DNA of 64,000 bases from Octopus vulgaris (lineage: Eukaryota), in the NCBI GenBank assembly GCA_951406725.2, contig OX597821.1:56296001-56360000 (forward strand), written 5' to 3'. The position numbers and the translations under genes were made by a program. Below, one piece after another: positions 25,601 to 39,931 of the stretch. The notes under the pieces were generated by a model, which was given only the letters and a program-made list of their open reading frames with translations, was not told the DNA's origin and searched no databases. How positions within the stretch are numbered: the first letter of the stretch is position 1; every line of letters begins with the position of its first letter.

Positions 25601-28028
25601 GTTCGAGTGGAACCATAACCACAGAAGGCCAGCAAAATCTATGGCAAATACTTTTGCTCCGAAACAAATCAATATACACAATGACGATTAACTTAGAGGT
25701 TCCAACTACCAGGACAAAATCAATAATAAACGCCGATTAAATTAGAAGCTTTAATGACCAGTAATGTATCTGAAGAGAAGTAAATCACCTTCATCCACAA
25801 CGGGGAGAGACAATTATGTTTCCTTGCTACTTTTGATTTGTACATTGATAATTTTATTGGATCTGTGAATATCGAAATTTAGTTTTGCCTTCTCCCCACT
25901 ACTCAATATTTTCTTATATTATAGATCGAAGTGTGATGGTAGTGCAGTGAGGAGTTCAGTCGTTATGTCTTTTTAGTATTTATATAATTTTAATTTCATT
26001 AAACACGCAATGAAATTAAATAACATCGTAGCTAACGTGAAGAATTACAACAGGCACATTGAAAAGTGTGCTTACTTAAAATCGTGTTAGCTGATATTGT
26101 TTTGTTTATCATGAAATATTTAAGCTATTCATTCTTAGAAAATTAAATGATTTAATTATAATACCTACAAGAAAACTATTTTAAAATCTGATACAATCAT
26201 CACGCTAAAGAATAGAAGCCGTGACTAAAAGGGAAACAATTGATTTCAAGAGTCAGCAGTCTTGGTAATTGTCTCAAAGAGAAAGCAACCATCTTTTACA
26301 AACCTGACATTATACGAAATTTATGAAAACAAAAGTTAATATAACCCTGAGAATACTGAATAAGACGAAAATAAGTCAAAATAAATCTCATGTTATTTAA
26401 TGGTGTTAATGAATATCGCTAAACCAGTTGAAGCAGGAATCAATTTGTATCAAGCCAGATCTTGGCCCTAAAGACAAATTGTTGCCCATTATTTGTAATC
26501 ATATTTTGTTAAAGCTTAACTGAGTTTTACGTTTATGGAGGCAGCAATAACTCATGACGTCGTTTTGTAAGTTTATGTCAGATAAATCTGAAGCACTCCA
26601 ATAATAATTCTCTGTTAAAGACATTTCTTCTATCATTGGCTCTCAAAGCGAATACATATTGAGAATTAACTCCAAACTTCTATTATTATATTAACATCTA
26701 TTTTTTATATATTCATATTGAAATATAACATCATGCAAATAGTATCAAATATACTATAAAAACTTCATCAACAACTACGCTCACCGGCATCTGCATATAT
26801 TTATTTCTGTATGCGACTATAGTTTCATATGCAGATACGTACGGACACACACATAATATTACATTTATATAGGATACATAATATATTAGGCACTGCTTTT
26901 TCTGTTATTTTTTTGCGTAATGTATATAGAAAGAAAATAAATACTTCTGACATGGAAAACTTTACGTATTTATCATTTCTTTTAAATATATCTTTAACTT
27001 TCAACTTTTGACAGTAAAGTTTGTTTAATGATTGCAGCAAATGTAATCTAGAGCTGTGAAAAAAGAAATCTCACCGGTGGCGTCAAGCATTATTCTGTAT
27101 ATATTTCTACAATTATCTACTCTATATTTTAAACTCTATTTTAAGCATTTTGCAAATATAGCTGTTACTATTTAGCCTTGCTAAAAGGTTTCCTTGCAAA
27201 CATATTCCGTATACATAAATCAATAACATCTACATTTTAACTGATCATGTATTTTAAGATACTATAAGGATAACACATCGAAAATAACTCACAAAGAATA
27301 TGGTGTTCAAGCACATTTTCACTCCCGAACCTTTCTCTCAATCTATGGAAACACGCTGCCGTCGCAAAAGGTTCTATCCCTAAAACAAGCAGATTGTTTT
27401 GCGATCCTGCAAAGTATTGACTTATCGCTTTCATTTTCAATATGTTAAAAGTAATTGAAATGTTTTTAAACTAGAACTCTATGTTCAACATAATGCAAAA
27501 TGAAGCATGGTACGAAAGGTGTTTTCCTTCTAGTTTAATATTTTGATATCTAGTAAACAGACATGCAGAAATGCATCAATCTGATTTTATTGAAAATTTC
27601 TATCTAATAAATTTGACCTCAATCTCGAACATAATCCTACCTGATCTGGGCTGATATGGGACTAAAACCTCAACAAGAAAAGATGGGCGTATAACAAAAT
27701 TGCCAATACCTGTCATAGAATAATATAAATACGATGATAATAAAAGTATTATAAATACGCTCTCAATAAGCATAACGCTTATAATCTGAAATCAAAGTCC
27801 GTAATATAACTTGAATGATATTATAAAAGCATAAAAAGACAAAATTATAAAAAACCGTAAGACTAAAGTTATGTAAATTAATATTCGTGTAATATTTATA
27901 GATTCATGATAATGAATCTATATATATTACGCGAGTGTCATATGGGCGTTGAAAATCGGTCATTTATCTGTAATACCACTCACACACACGCACACACACA
28001 CACACATACATACACACACACGTATATA

Positions 28029-28242
28029 TAAATTAAATTAGAGATAAAACCACTATTACGCAGCTCAAATAGTGATAGACATAAATATAAATTTTAAAAT
28101 TTTAAATTTTAATAATTTAAATTTAAAATTTTGTATTTTATATATATATTGTATATTATATTATTTATTCTTTTATGTTTTGGTTTGTGTCTATCACTGT
28201 TTGAGTTGCCTAATAGTGGTTTTATCTCTAATTTAATTTATA
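28029..28242. repeat. Inverted repeat with arms of about 55 bp
   Basis: AAATTAAATTAGAGATAAAACCACTATTA.GCA.CTCAAA.AGTGATAGACA and its reverse complement TGTCTATCACTGTTTGAGTTGCCTAATAGTGGTTTTATCTCTAATTTAATTT. Confidence 0.85.
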
Positions 28243-28290
28243 TTTATTTATACTGTGAAATTTTTCCCTGTAAGTTTGGATATACTCCCT

Positions 28291-28423
<133 letters not shown>

Positions 28424-28944
28424 TGACGTTTGCTCTGCACTGAATTATACTTCCTTTCTGCAACTGTCACACGATTAATTATTTACTAGTTTGGATACAA
28501 AACATACAATAATTTGAGTCTAAAGGATATAGAACGTCAACTGAGAGGGCAACAGTTCATTTTCAGTTATTGACTAGAATCGTGTCAGTTACCAAATACC
28601 ATGTCTATCCATTTTCGAGTAAGTATTGCAGCTGGCGTTACTCACGAAAGATCTGTGTATGTGTACCTTTGGATATAATGTAACATAATCTTTTCTACAA
28701 GACACTATAGTTTATTAAATGGATGTCCTACTTCATGTTTCTGGTTGCTATCAAACAAATGATTCCACATAATTTAGGGTCTGAGAACAACTAATAAATT
28801 ACGTGAATATCAAGTCTTAAATTAATTTAGGCCTAATGGGTTATGCCAAGTGCTTAAAATGTTAAATTGAACATAATCATTAATTAGAAAGTAAAATCGG
28901 AACTTACATAACTTCATGACATTTCTCCTACTGCATGTGTGAGC

Positions 28945-28975
<31 letters not shown>

Positions 28976-29032
28976 TGTATGTATGTATTTATGTATGTAT
29001 GTATGCATGTATGCATGCATGCATGCATGCAT

Positions 29033-29076
<44 letters not shown>

Positions 29077-29748
29077 GTGTGTGCGCGTGTGTGTATGTGT
29101 GTATCTCTGCATGTGCGTATTTGTATGTGTGTGTTTATATGAGAGTCCATCTAAATATATTAACATATATATACTGATACATCCACACATATAATCGCAC
29201 ACATAAAATATTCCTCACAACGTTGTGTATAAAATTCGTTGTACTTTTTTTATTTGCAATCATCAGTAAAATTCGATCTGGGAAAACAGTTTCGTTTTTA
29301 GTGAGCAAGAATAAATTAATAGCATGACAACAAGTGAAATGCGTTCATTTGTTAAGGAATAGAAGTTTCCCGGGTGCCTAGTTTGGAACAGTAGGCGATT
29401 TCATGCTTTAATTGAGAGACAGAAACTGTGTGTCTCATATGGTACAGCAATATATAGATTACATGAATCATCGAGTCTAAGAAGTGATATAGTGATAAAT
29501 ATGTTTACACACCGTTGAAGAGATCACATTTATCCCGGATTAAAATCACCTTAATTCTCTTTAGATAAAAAGATTTAAACATTCCCACTACACCGTATCT
29601 TAGAAGGCATACACCTCTTTTGACATCACTAAATATATTGTAGTTCTTATATTACAAAAGGTGACAGTATTAGCGTCTTCTTTATCCTGACAGACTTTAT
29701 AGGTATTTACAGGAAAATTTTTTCTAACATTCATTCGGCACTCTGCAG

Positions 29749-29809
29749 GTTGAGCAGTTGCCCATTTATACACTTTCCATTACGGAAAGAGGCATTTCGC
29801 AACGTAGCG
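29749..29809 (+). other. Candidate 61-nt exon (unverified)
   Basis: Branch-point-like TTCTAAC about 20-25 nt upstream of CTGCAG|, and donor GCG|GTAAGA. Two frames are open (VEQLPIYTLSITERGISQRS or LSSCPFIHFPLRKEAFRNVA). Confidence 0.35.
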
Positions 29810-30399
29810 GTAAGAAGTGTAACAACGTTTACTCACATTTTCAGTTGCCTTGATACGTGCATACATACATACATACACACACATACACACACACACATAC
29901 ATACATACACACACATACACACATACGTACGTACATACATACATACATACATACATACATACATACATACATACATACATACATACATACATAATGCCTC
30001 TGAAGAAGAGATGAGAGAATTATTCTGAATGTAACGTTAGGTGGAATATCACGGTGCCGTACATATATCATATTTTTTCTTAGTGCAAAGAAGATCATCA
30101 AAAGTTGCAATATGAAAAGTGTAAAAAACAATAACCATACCGCGTCGTCCATCGCACAGAATAACAAATGAGGAGTTCAATCATTATTATGTAGAGAGGT
30201 CAGTTCGAAAAATACCTTGTAGTCTACCCCCAGTGTCAGTAAAGCAGTAATAAACCTATACCTTGTTCTGGCAAGTTTGGGTTGGTGATAAAAAGGATGC
30301 GTGCCCCGTGAACCCGAAGCACCGCCATGAGGGAACACTAAACTATTCCTGCAAACCAATTATCGATTTCGTAACAAGAAACTTCCTTTCACGCCGGCT

Positions 30400-30575
30400 T
30401 GGATTCTTTTCCCCACAGAAAAGATCGGAAAGGAATACTTCGATGATGACCTACATCCAGTCACTCTTGGTGGTTCAACTACGAGTGGGAACTAATCTCA
30501 CAGAGGCTGAAGTCATAAAGAGGAGTTAAGCGCTCAAATGTAGCAAATCCGCTGGGGTGGGAGAGGATGAAATCA
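30400..30575 (+). mobile_element. Short LINE ORF2 linker relic
   Basis: LTEAEVIKRS*ALKCSKSAGVGED resembles the ITxxEVxxAIxxLKxxKSxGxD motif that precedes RT. Confidence 0.35.
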
Positions 30576-30589
30576 TCTTTAGATATTGA

Positions 30590-30775
30590 TGTCAAATTTT
30601 GGTACAAGGCCAGCAATATGAGGAAGGAGATAAGTCGATTACATCGCCTCCAGTGTTCAACTGGTACTTAGGTTACCAACCCCGAAAGGGTGAAAAGTAA
30701 AGTCGACCTCGGTGGTATTTGAATTCAGAACGTAAAGTGCAAACGTAAAGTACCCGGCGTGGTAAAGATTCTTTT
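30590..30775 (-). mobile_element. SINE family A copy
   Basis: GGTACAAGGCCAGCAAT..AAGTCGATTACATCG..CAACTGGTACTTA..AAAGTCGACCTCGG..TTTGAATTCAGAACGTAAAG. Confidence 0.8.
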
Positions 30776-31176
30776 AATTGTCTTTAGATGTTCAAGCTTT
30801 AAATAGAGATGGTTTTCTCTGGCTGACTCATTGCAATCCTCTTACCTATAATTTTATGGCGCTGAGACTTAATAAATAATGTAATATTTAGATCACATAA
30901 AATATGAAAATACATTAAAATGAAGGTAGATTATTAATTCTAGCTTATTAACAAATTACCATACTTTTAGTGATTTATCAACTCTACGTTTATCAAAATA
31001 TTTGGCAGTATACAAAGAGATGTTAAATAACAACCAGCATTTCTGTGATAAACTGCCGACAACAGATGAAGGGTTGTTCTTCATGTTACTTGTCTTGTTT
31101 TCTATTTGTTTCTCTAGTTGTTCGCATACCTAAATTTGCCTTCGTATTACGCTATGTGACATCCTGTACCCATATA

Positions 31177-31239
<63 letters not shown>

Positions 31240-31301
31240 CTAGAAATGGTAAGACAGCAAAAGAATGAAAGAGACCTCGATATTATGTAAATAGGGGAAT
31301 T

Positions 31302-31373
31302 TATCTGTAAATGTAACATGTGACAATTATTCGGTAGCTACCGAATAATTGTCACATATTACATTTACAGATA
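31302..31373. repeat. 72-bp loopless palindrome with one mismatch
   Basis: TATCTGTAAATGTAACATGTGACAATTATTCGGTAG|CTACCGAATAATTGTCACATATTACATTTACAGATA. Confidence 0.95.
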
Positions 31374-31444
31374 TATATATATATTATTTCTATTATTGTA
31401 TGATTGAACGCCACGCATCCATTTCCAAGTAAGTTTATCTATCT

Positions 31445-32520
31445 ATATATCAAATAAAATTAAAAACAGAACACAAAGGATATCGCGGTACACGTATTTC
31501 AAGCTTTATAAACAATCCGTTATTACACCAGTGTATTATTGATATAAGAGATGGTTTAAAGCTCTCTTCAGCCGCAAACATTGTTAGTCCAAAGAATTAC
31601 ATCACAATATAAAAAATATTAAAAGTGCATGTAGTATTACCCATTATAATATGTTTATCATATCTCCTTGAAAACGTGTATTTGTAAAATTTCTTAACTG
31701 TATAAATGTATCATGATTCATTGGATTTCGAAAATCTGCCCATAGTGTATAACCAATCAGCATAGAGTGAATGTTAAATGGATTGGAATGAGTTTATATT
31801 TAATTCTCTTGTATAAGATAGGAGGGAAAATAAGATAGAAAGAAAAAAATAAAGTTAAAAGTTTAAAAAAGAAAAAAAGAAAAAGAGAAAAAATAAGAAA
31901 TAAAGAGCAAGAGTACTGGAAGTAAAAGACAATAGGAGCAAAAGACAAGAATAATAAAAGCAAAAATAATAAAAGTAAAAATAAGGATAATAAAGTTAAA
32001 ACCACATATGAATAAGAATTAGCCAAATAAGAATAAAGTAAAAAAAAAGATAAAAACAAAAGAATTAAGAATATAAAGTAGAGTAAGAGATAAAGAGATA
32101 AGATACTAAAGGGCTGAGAATAAGATTTTGGCTTTGATGGGATGGTAGTGGTCATAAATAATTTCTTAATTTTGACCACTCGTTGAAATACAGATTGAGG
32201 TTGTAATTTGATATCGTTGTGATAAACAGTCACTTTACACAAACTCGCCATTAAAAGTGACTAGCTTTATAAGTTTATAGTATATGTATATGTGTGTGTA
32301 TACACGTACTCATACATATATATATAAACTAACATGTTCGAGCGTATACAAGTATGCTTCATTATGCCGAGCGTCAAATACACAGCATTAAGTACATGGA
32401 ATTACACATTCATCTCCAAACATATCTACAGTTACATCCTAGTAAACATATACATACACTACTATATCCACCTATCCTTAAGCATATATACACAAGCACA
32501 CATAGCTACACACACACATA
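31445..32520 (-). mobile_element. About 1.1-kb non-coding Penelope-like/retrozyme-like element, copy 1
   Basis: Colinear with 45530-46640 over its whole length. It has no real ORF, carries a hammerhead motif near its minus-strand 3' end and is flanked by (TA)/(CA) tracts. Confidence 0.7.
31485..31575 (-). ncRNA. Type I hammerhead-ribozyme motif with intact core
   Basis: Minus strand reads GCGG-CTGAAGA-GAGCTTT...AAAGCTT-GAA-ATACGTGT-A-CCGC. Stem I is GCGG/CCGC, stem II is extended, stem III is near-palindromic and the cleavage triplet is GUA. Confidence 0.75.
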
Positions 32521-32778
32521 TATATATATATGTGTGTGTGTGTGTGTATACATATACATATATATGAATTTAGATATATATGTACATTGTTTGTTTTCAC
32601 TGTCATGTTCTTGTTAACAAATTTGGTGCCCCGCACACCCCAAATTCTATTTTGCTTTGCGTGAGTAACTGTTTTCTCGAAGAGACATCTTGCCATAATT
32701 GTTCAAAATGTGAAGTAGATACACAGCCGACAACTATTGATGTACACATATATATCTAAATGCAGATGTATGTATATG

Positions 32779-32869
<91 letters not shown>

Positions 32870-34804
32870 GTATAGGAAGTCATGAAATGCGAACTTTTTT
32901 GCGAATAAAGAAACAAATGGAATACAAACAAGTAATATAAAGAACGACCCTTCATCAGTTGTCGGCTGTTTATTTACTCCACATTTTGAGCAATTACGAC
33001 AAGATATGTATATGTGTGTGAGTGTGTGTATTTGTGTGTGTGTGTGATTGCGTACTTGTGAAAATTCTTTGAAAGCAAGAATTTATGTTAATTTACGCAA
33101 GATATATAATGAAACATAACGTTGAATACAATCATACAACGTATGGAGCACCTAACTTAATCTTGCGATATTGAAAAATCTTAACAGTAAATGTTCGCTT
33201 GACCCACTATAATATATTGTATATTGCCCCTTAGTGTAATGGAATAAGGAAATGATAACTGGATAATGTAGTCCTTGACAAGGTAGTAGCGACTGGAATG
33301 CTTTTGATCATAGGCTTATTCAATCAAAATAGACTTGAGACCAAACAACGTGAAATGAAGGTAAATCTCAATAATTACATATACTGCCGTTTCTCTGCGC
33401 ATTTAAGGTTATTATTTTTGGTGAATGGAAATTAGGGTGTTAAAATAGTCATACATTTCTCAAGTGTAGTTGCTGAATATATTAAATGCATTTCATTTAA
33501 TAATCGAAATTTAGATCACAGACCCAAACTGTAAGAACCTAGCTTGTTGCTTTGCAAAGCTCGCCACAACAAATGAAGCAACAGTCAAAAGCAAAATGGG
33601 ATTTTGAAGTAACTTTAGTACTCACGATGTTAATGAAGACAATATTTGAGAACACTTAGTTACAGCATACTATTTATGATTAGGTAAAATACAACAAATA
33701 ATTTAATCAACAGAAAATAAGATATCGTGATGTGCATCTGTCTTCTCAGCAGATTAAAAGTGTAAGAAAAATAAATTGTTTCATCATATTTCGCAGTTTT
33801 TTTCTCGTCAATGTCCGCCATATAAATATTGATCAATATATATATAAAATAGCGTTAATTTGTTTCAGTGAGCGAATGTTTGTGAAAAGCTTGCAGCCAT
33901 TAATTGTATAGCGAAATCAACACACAGGAACATTGACCTTGTTCTCCAGCATTTATTGTTCAATAAAATATGTTCCGAATCTCTTCCGTTGTAATTTGTG
34001 ACAAGAGTGAAACCATCAAAATACATTAAAATCAGATTATTTCACTTCATAACAGTAGCGCAATTAACCTATTATAGGAGATCTTTCCGTTCTATAAATA
34101 TTTATAGAGGTTACACTGTCTGAAATTGTGTGTAAAACAATTATCTAAATTATAAAATTTATTTACACGAAATATATGGTATATCATATGTTAATAAGTT
34201 TCATAGCAGCGTTAAAATATAAAGGATTTGCAAGTTTTCGAACTATTAAATCCAACTTTAAAATGTGTTTATACTTGTCAACCGGGAGACGAACCGCACT
34301 AATCGTACACATACACAGACACGCACAAAATAAATACATACATACATGCATACATACATACACATAAATACATACATACATACATACATACATACATACA
34401 TACATACATACATACATACATACATACATACATACACACATACATGTAGTCAGGCCAGTGATGTTATCACAGGCTATTGAGACCCGCAACTAGTATTATG
34501 TAGACCAGTACTACTTGCTTCATGGTCGAGTGCACAGCGACTAAACGGGTTTCCTCTCTTCAGTAGTATGGTACACATGTGGGGAGGGTGTTGGGATGCC
34601 TAGCAGGATTGAAAACAATGCCTGTCGAAGACCGGATAAGCTTCTTCGGGGCCGAGGGCCATGCTGTTTGAGAGGCAATGGCAAACCACCCGCTCTGCCG
34701 AGAAGAAAAGCCAAGGCGAAGTAAGGCCATGACATACCATGTCGTGTCACCAACGCCGCTGTAAAAAGGAATGATACTTGAGCGATACAAATACATATAC
34801 TTAT

Positions 34805-35056
34805 ATTTTATCTTCTTTTACTTGTTTCAGTCATTATACCACTTTGAAGAATCTTTAGTCGAAAGTGTCGCCACAAGTGCTTATTTTGTTTAAGCCTGAT
34901 ACTTATTCCCTCGTTCTCTTTTGCCGAACCACACGGTTATGGGGACGTAAACATACCAGCACCGGTCGTCAAGTGGTGGATGGGGACAAACACGGACACA
35001 AGGATACACACGCATGTATATATATGTATATATATATTAGCTTCATAGTGTACCTT

Positions 35057-35124
<68 letters not shown>

Positions 35125-35300
35125 TATTATCTTTTATCTTTTTCAGTTATTGGACTGCCGCCAAGCTGGGACACCGCCTTGAATTTTTAGTAGAATGTAT
35201 CGTCACCAGTACTTATTTTTTAAGCATGGTGCTTATTTTATCGGGGGACGAAAACACACCAACACCAGTTGTCAAATAATGATGGGGACAAATACAGACA
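34805..35300 (-). mobile_element. Two fragmented SINE family B copies separated by (TA)n
   Basis: TTTTACTTGTTTCAGTCATT, TTGCCGAACC..GGGGACGTAAACA..CCAGCACCGGT..TCAAG; a second block lies at 35125-35300. Confidence 0.7.
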
Positions 35301-35366
<66 letters not shown>

Positions 35367-35371
35367 TATAT

Positions 35372-35425
<54 letters not shown>

Positions 35426-35560
35426 TCAGCAAAATTTAGATTCAAATGAATATGGTACTTTAGTTAGATGCACCAGAATTCTGTATGGTGTTATCCATAT
35501 AAATCCATGGGGTGATCATAATCAAAATAAGCAACAAGAATAACTTCGGTAATTTGGATA

Positions 35561-35637
<77 letters not shown>

Positions 35638-35730
35638 ACATAAATGTGAAACAAGGTGGAAAAAAGAGTACTCAAATACCAGTGGTAGAGTAATATGCTT
35701 TATTTTAAGCAGCAGAAAATTCAACAAAAT

Positions 35731-35768
35731 CTGTTACTCTGATTTTCTCGTTGCCGTTCATCAGACAG
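35731..35768 (-). ncRNA. Minimal type I hammerhead-ribozyme motif, decayed
   Basis: Minus strand reads CTGT-CTGATGA-ACG-GCAA-CGA-GAA-AATCAGAGT-A-ACAG. Stem I is CTGT/ACAG; stems II and III carry mismatches. Confidence 0.6.
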
Positions 35769-35778
35769 TTTTTGCTAG

Positions 35779-35824
<46 letters not shown>

Positions 35825-35918
35825 CTGTTTACAACCTATATCTGCCTCTAATAGAACTATCTCCAATATCTCATGAGTATAACCTCACCCACTAAGATGT
35901 CTAGAGAACTCAAATGTA

Positions 35919-36009
35919 TTTTAGCTGATGAGTACGGGACACTTTTATCTGCTGCAATTTTTGCAACTTGTAATAAAGCCTGTCTTTGTATGAAACAATT
36001 GTACTAAAA
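35919..36009 (+). ncRNA. Type I hammerhead-ribozyme motif with intact core
   Basis: TTTTAG-CTGATGA-GTACGGGACA...TGTCTTTGTAT-GAA-ACAATTGT-A-CTAAAA. Stem I is TTTTAG/CTAAAA, stem III is the palindrome ACAATTGT and the triplet is GUA. It lies in a repeat of about 220 bp bounded by (TA)n on both sides. Confidence 0.8.
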
Positions 36010-36037
36010 ACCAATCCATTCTTGTTGCTTCTTTCTC

Positions 36038-36087
<50 letters not shown>

Positions 36088-39000
36088 GGCTTCTTTCACT
36101 TTCTGTGTACTTAAATCCACTCACATGGCTTGGGTCGGCACGGAGCTATAATATATATAAATGCACACTATCTAGTTAATGATCCGGAAAATTATAATCT
36201 TAATAAAAATTTATTTCTGACACGAGGACATATGGAAATATATCCTAATGTTTTATATTTGTTAGTCGCACCTATTGACTTTTTCTTTATCTCTATTTTT
36301 ATGTCTGCACCTTTTTTTTCTCTTTTAATTGGGACTTCTTAAGTTTAGAAACCTTCATGTCATTTGTGACGTGTTCCAATAATATAGTTTCCCTGTCTAT
36401 AAAATATTGACGTCATAGTCGAAAGAGGCTTGTCAGAAATATTTTAGGAAATCTCCATTATATTTTGTTTTACAGTAAACATCCGCGTCTTCAATGATAC
36501 AAGAAAAATAATATCAGTTGGTTTTTGGCAGCAGACTATAAATCTAGACGCTAGATATATTTTAAAATGCTTGATCAGTTGAAAGGAAAGGTTAGATGTA
36601 AATCAAGGAAAGGTTAGATGTAAATCAAAATTGTACCCAACTTGATAACTCTACGTAATCCCTTCCCTGCTGCATAAGTAACCTCCTGTGATTCTAAGGA
36701 TGTTACTTTCTACCATTTGTTACTGGAATTAATAATCGAAATTACCTATACCGTTGGGAATCCAAATTTTAGATAATCTAGATCTTAAAAATAATCAGCA
36801 TACAAGTTCTTATCTATTGGCTGCAAAGGTATATATAAAGTTTAACTGTCACAGAATATAATCAGGATGATCAGGAAGTAAATCTATTATATTTGAACAA
36901 GGATTTTATTCAGCGGCCAGCAATTTGTAGTCTAACCCATCCTTATAGCCACTTTAGTGTCTAATTGGCGATAAAAGAGAACAAAGGAAAACTATGAACA
37001 AATAAACTTTTTAATGGAATGTATCAAAAAGTATTACAATGCTCTCTTTTTGCATAAAAGCCCCCTTGTTTAACTGTAAGTCAAGTGTGTATGCGCGCGC
37101 ACGTGCTTGTTTGTGAGTGCGGCGTGCGCATATATATGTAAGTGTAAGTATATGTACATGCGTGTTCATCAACCAGAGCATCATAATACAGTATGTGTGT
37201 GTGTATGTGTGTGGATGTTTGTGGATGCATGTATGTGTGTATGCTTGTGCGTCTATGTACGCATGTGTCACACCTTATTTTCCGTTTGTTTGTCAACATT
37301 ATTGCGTTCAATTATATATTTAAAGTTTATCATTTTCTCCTTTGATGAATATCATCGACAGAACACAGCGACCAAGATAAAACCCAACAACCGTAACATC
37401 TTTATAGACTTTACTGAAGCCCATAGCTTTGCTTCGTTCAGTGATGTAAATTCGTTATATCATTAATCAAATCTTTCCATCCCTCACCAACTTTCACAGT
37501 TACTATGTCTCATATTTCAATCACATCTATGACTTTAACAACAGTTTCAACTTGTTATGTATCGCATTCTTTTACCTACCCAAACGAAAATAAAATCGGT
37601 ACGTTTCTTTAAAAATTACTCACACCCTGCTAGTCAGCCAGCAGAGACTCGACATTTTACAATACAATGAATGAGATACATCCGATACTTTCTATGGAAT
37701 TGGTTACCCTGAACTGGTCGCTAAAACCGTTGCCTAATGAACACCATTTATTAAAGAAACTGCTAGTATATAGAAATACAACTCTGGCGAAACCGGTCAA
37801 GTAAGATATTTTGTGCTGTAGGGAAATTCCACAGGTGCTTGGGGTTGCTTGTGTGGAGTTGTTATGCAACTGTATTTATGTATATTATACATATATCTGT
37901 ATATAAATATGTGCGTGCATATGTTGCTATGTATATAATATATTTATCTGTATATATGTGTATGCGTATATACATCACATACACACACACACATACTCAC
38001 GTACGTACGCACACAAACATACAAGCAGACACACACGCACACGTACACAAACACACGCGCGCACATACACACACATATATAACCGAGTCTGTATGATTGT
38101 GTATAGAACAATATATTAATCAATGAAACTCCATCTTATTCTGATTTTCACGTGCTATTATTTTCAATTTTAACAATTCTACAATTTTAAATTCTTACAA
38201 TAATTAAATAAACTTGTACTTTCATGTGGTACACAATCTTCAGGTTTATGAAGTGACATTCGTGTTCCAAAATTAACAACTGTAGCAAAATAGTTGGCTT
38301 TATCCTTTAGTTCTGTAGTTTGTTGAATGTTAATTTTATAAACGTTTTCTGAACACATGTTTCGAGATGGATGCTTAAAGGTATCTGATGACATCAGGAT
38401 CTCTAATTTGGTGTTGGTGCTCACGTGAATATTCTGATAATGCATTGGCAGTCTGACCAACGTATATCTCTTCACAGTTAGGGCATTTGATGCAGTAAAT
38501 TAAATTTCTGCTTTTGCAGTTCATATATATATATATGTGTGTGTGCGTGTAGGAGAGGAAAAATTATAAGAAGGCAGAATGCTAAATTGAAAGTAAATTA
38601 TAATAAAGATGGGTGTAAGGAAAATTAAAGATGAATAAATAATAATATATATAAAACTTAAATAATTTTGGAAAACGAATTTCCAAACTTTCACCATTAC
38701 ATACATCTGCATATCGTACCTTGCGGTCTTATTTATCATATATTTATATATTTATGCAGAAATACACAAAGTATCTCATACAAGTCAATAATAATTAAGT
38801 TTTGGGGATTAATAGATATGCGGGTATTCTATTTCAGACAATTGAAAAAAATAACCTAATGCGTATATCTGAAAGTAAACTCATGGTATCCATTTGAACA
38901 TCGTGAAATAATACTTAAAGAATATAACCATTATACCAGCAGGGTATTTACTATACTTCCTTCATTATCTCTTAGTTTAGTTAACACTAAATTAATTAAA

Positions 39001-39133
39001 TATGAAGGAGTTACACGTGTTTCAGTATTGGAAGATTACAATATATATTAAAAATTAAAAATTAAGAATTAAAATTATACTTTGTAATATTAAGAATTAA
39101 AATTTATAATTTATACATTATAAATATTAATTA

Positions 39134-39180
<47 letters not shown>

Positions 39181-39367
39181 TCAGCCTTGTAAAGTCAAGT
39201 GTATAATGTCAAATACAAATTATAAGATATACAATTATACTTCAGAATAAAAGTGTCTGTATTTAAACGTGAATTATAGCAAGAAAAATTAAAATACATA
39301 TCTTCCTTTTTTGCTGGTATCAAGATTAGTTTTTCCACGACGCCATTATCTATTATAACCTCAAATA

Positions 39368-39409
<42 letters not shown>

Positions 39410-39465
39410 TTCAATGATAAATCTCAGAGCGAGTTATAAACAGTAGCGGTAACACATCGTGATGC

Positions 39466-39677
39466 ATATTTGCCATTTGAATATGGCTAACCCATAAGGG
39501 TGGATGCTACTGTAGTTTGTAGCCCCAGGAAGATATCTCCTCCAGCTGGCTATAGACACACTATCTGTGTCCTCTCAGATAGTGTGTCTATAGCCAGCTG
39601 GAGGAGATATCTTCCTGGGGCTACAAACTACAGTAGCATCCACCCTTATGGGTTAGCCATATTCAAATGGCAAATAT
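39466..39677. repeat. Perfect 102-bp-arm palindrome with 8-nt spacer (extends to 39456-39687 with 2 mismatches)
   Basis: 39466-39567 is the exact reverse complement of 39576-39677. The spacer is TGTCCTCT. Confidence 0.97.
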
Positions 39678-39791
39678 TCGTCACGATATATTAATTCATA
39701 TTTATTACAAAGTATTAATTTTATTCTTTATTTTTAATTTTATTTCTTATTTTTTTAAAGGGTTGTAAATTTAGATTTATAATATTTTGAA

Positions 39792-39931
39792 AAGGGACCT
39801 GAAAATGTGTTGGAATAATTGTAAATCTGATGATTGCATACATGTATATATACATATATATATGCTTGCGCGCGCGCGCGCGTGTGTATGTATATTGTAA
39901 TCTTCCATTACTGAAACACGTGTAGTTCCTT
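39792..39931 (+). ncRNA. Decayed hammerhead motif with microsatellite-expanded stem II loop
   Basis: AAGGGAC-CTGAAAA (G8>A)-..TTGGAA...(TA/CG repeats)...TTCCATTACT-GAA-ACACGTGT-A-GTTCCTT. Confidence 0.45.
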
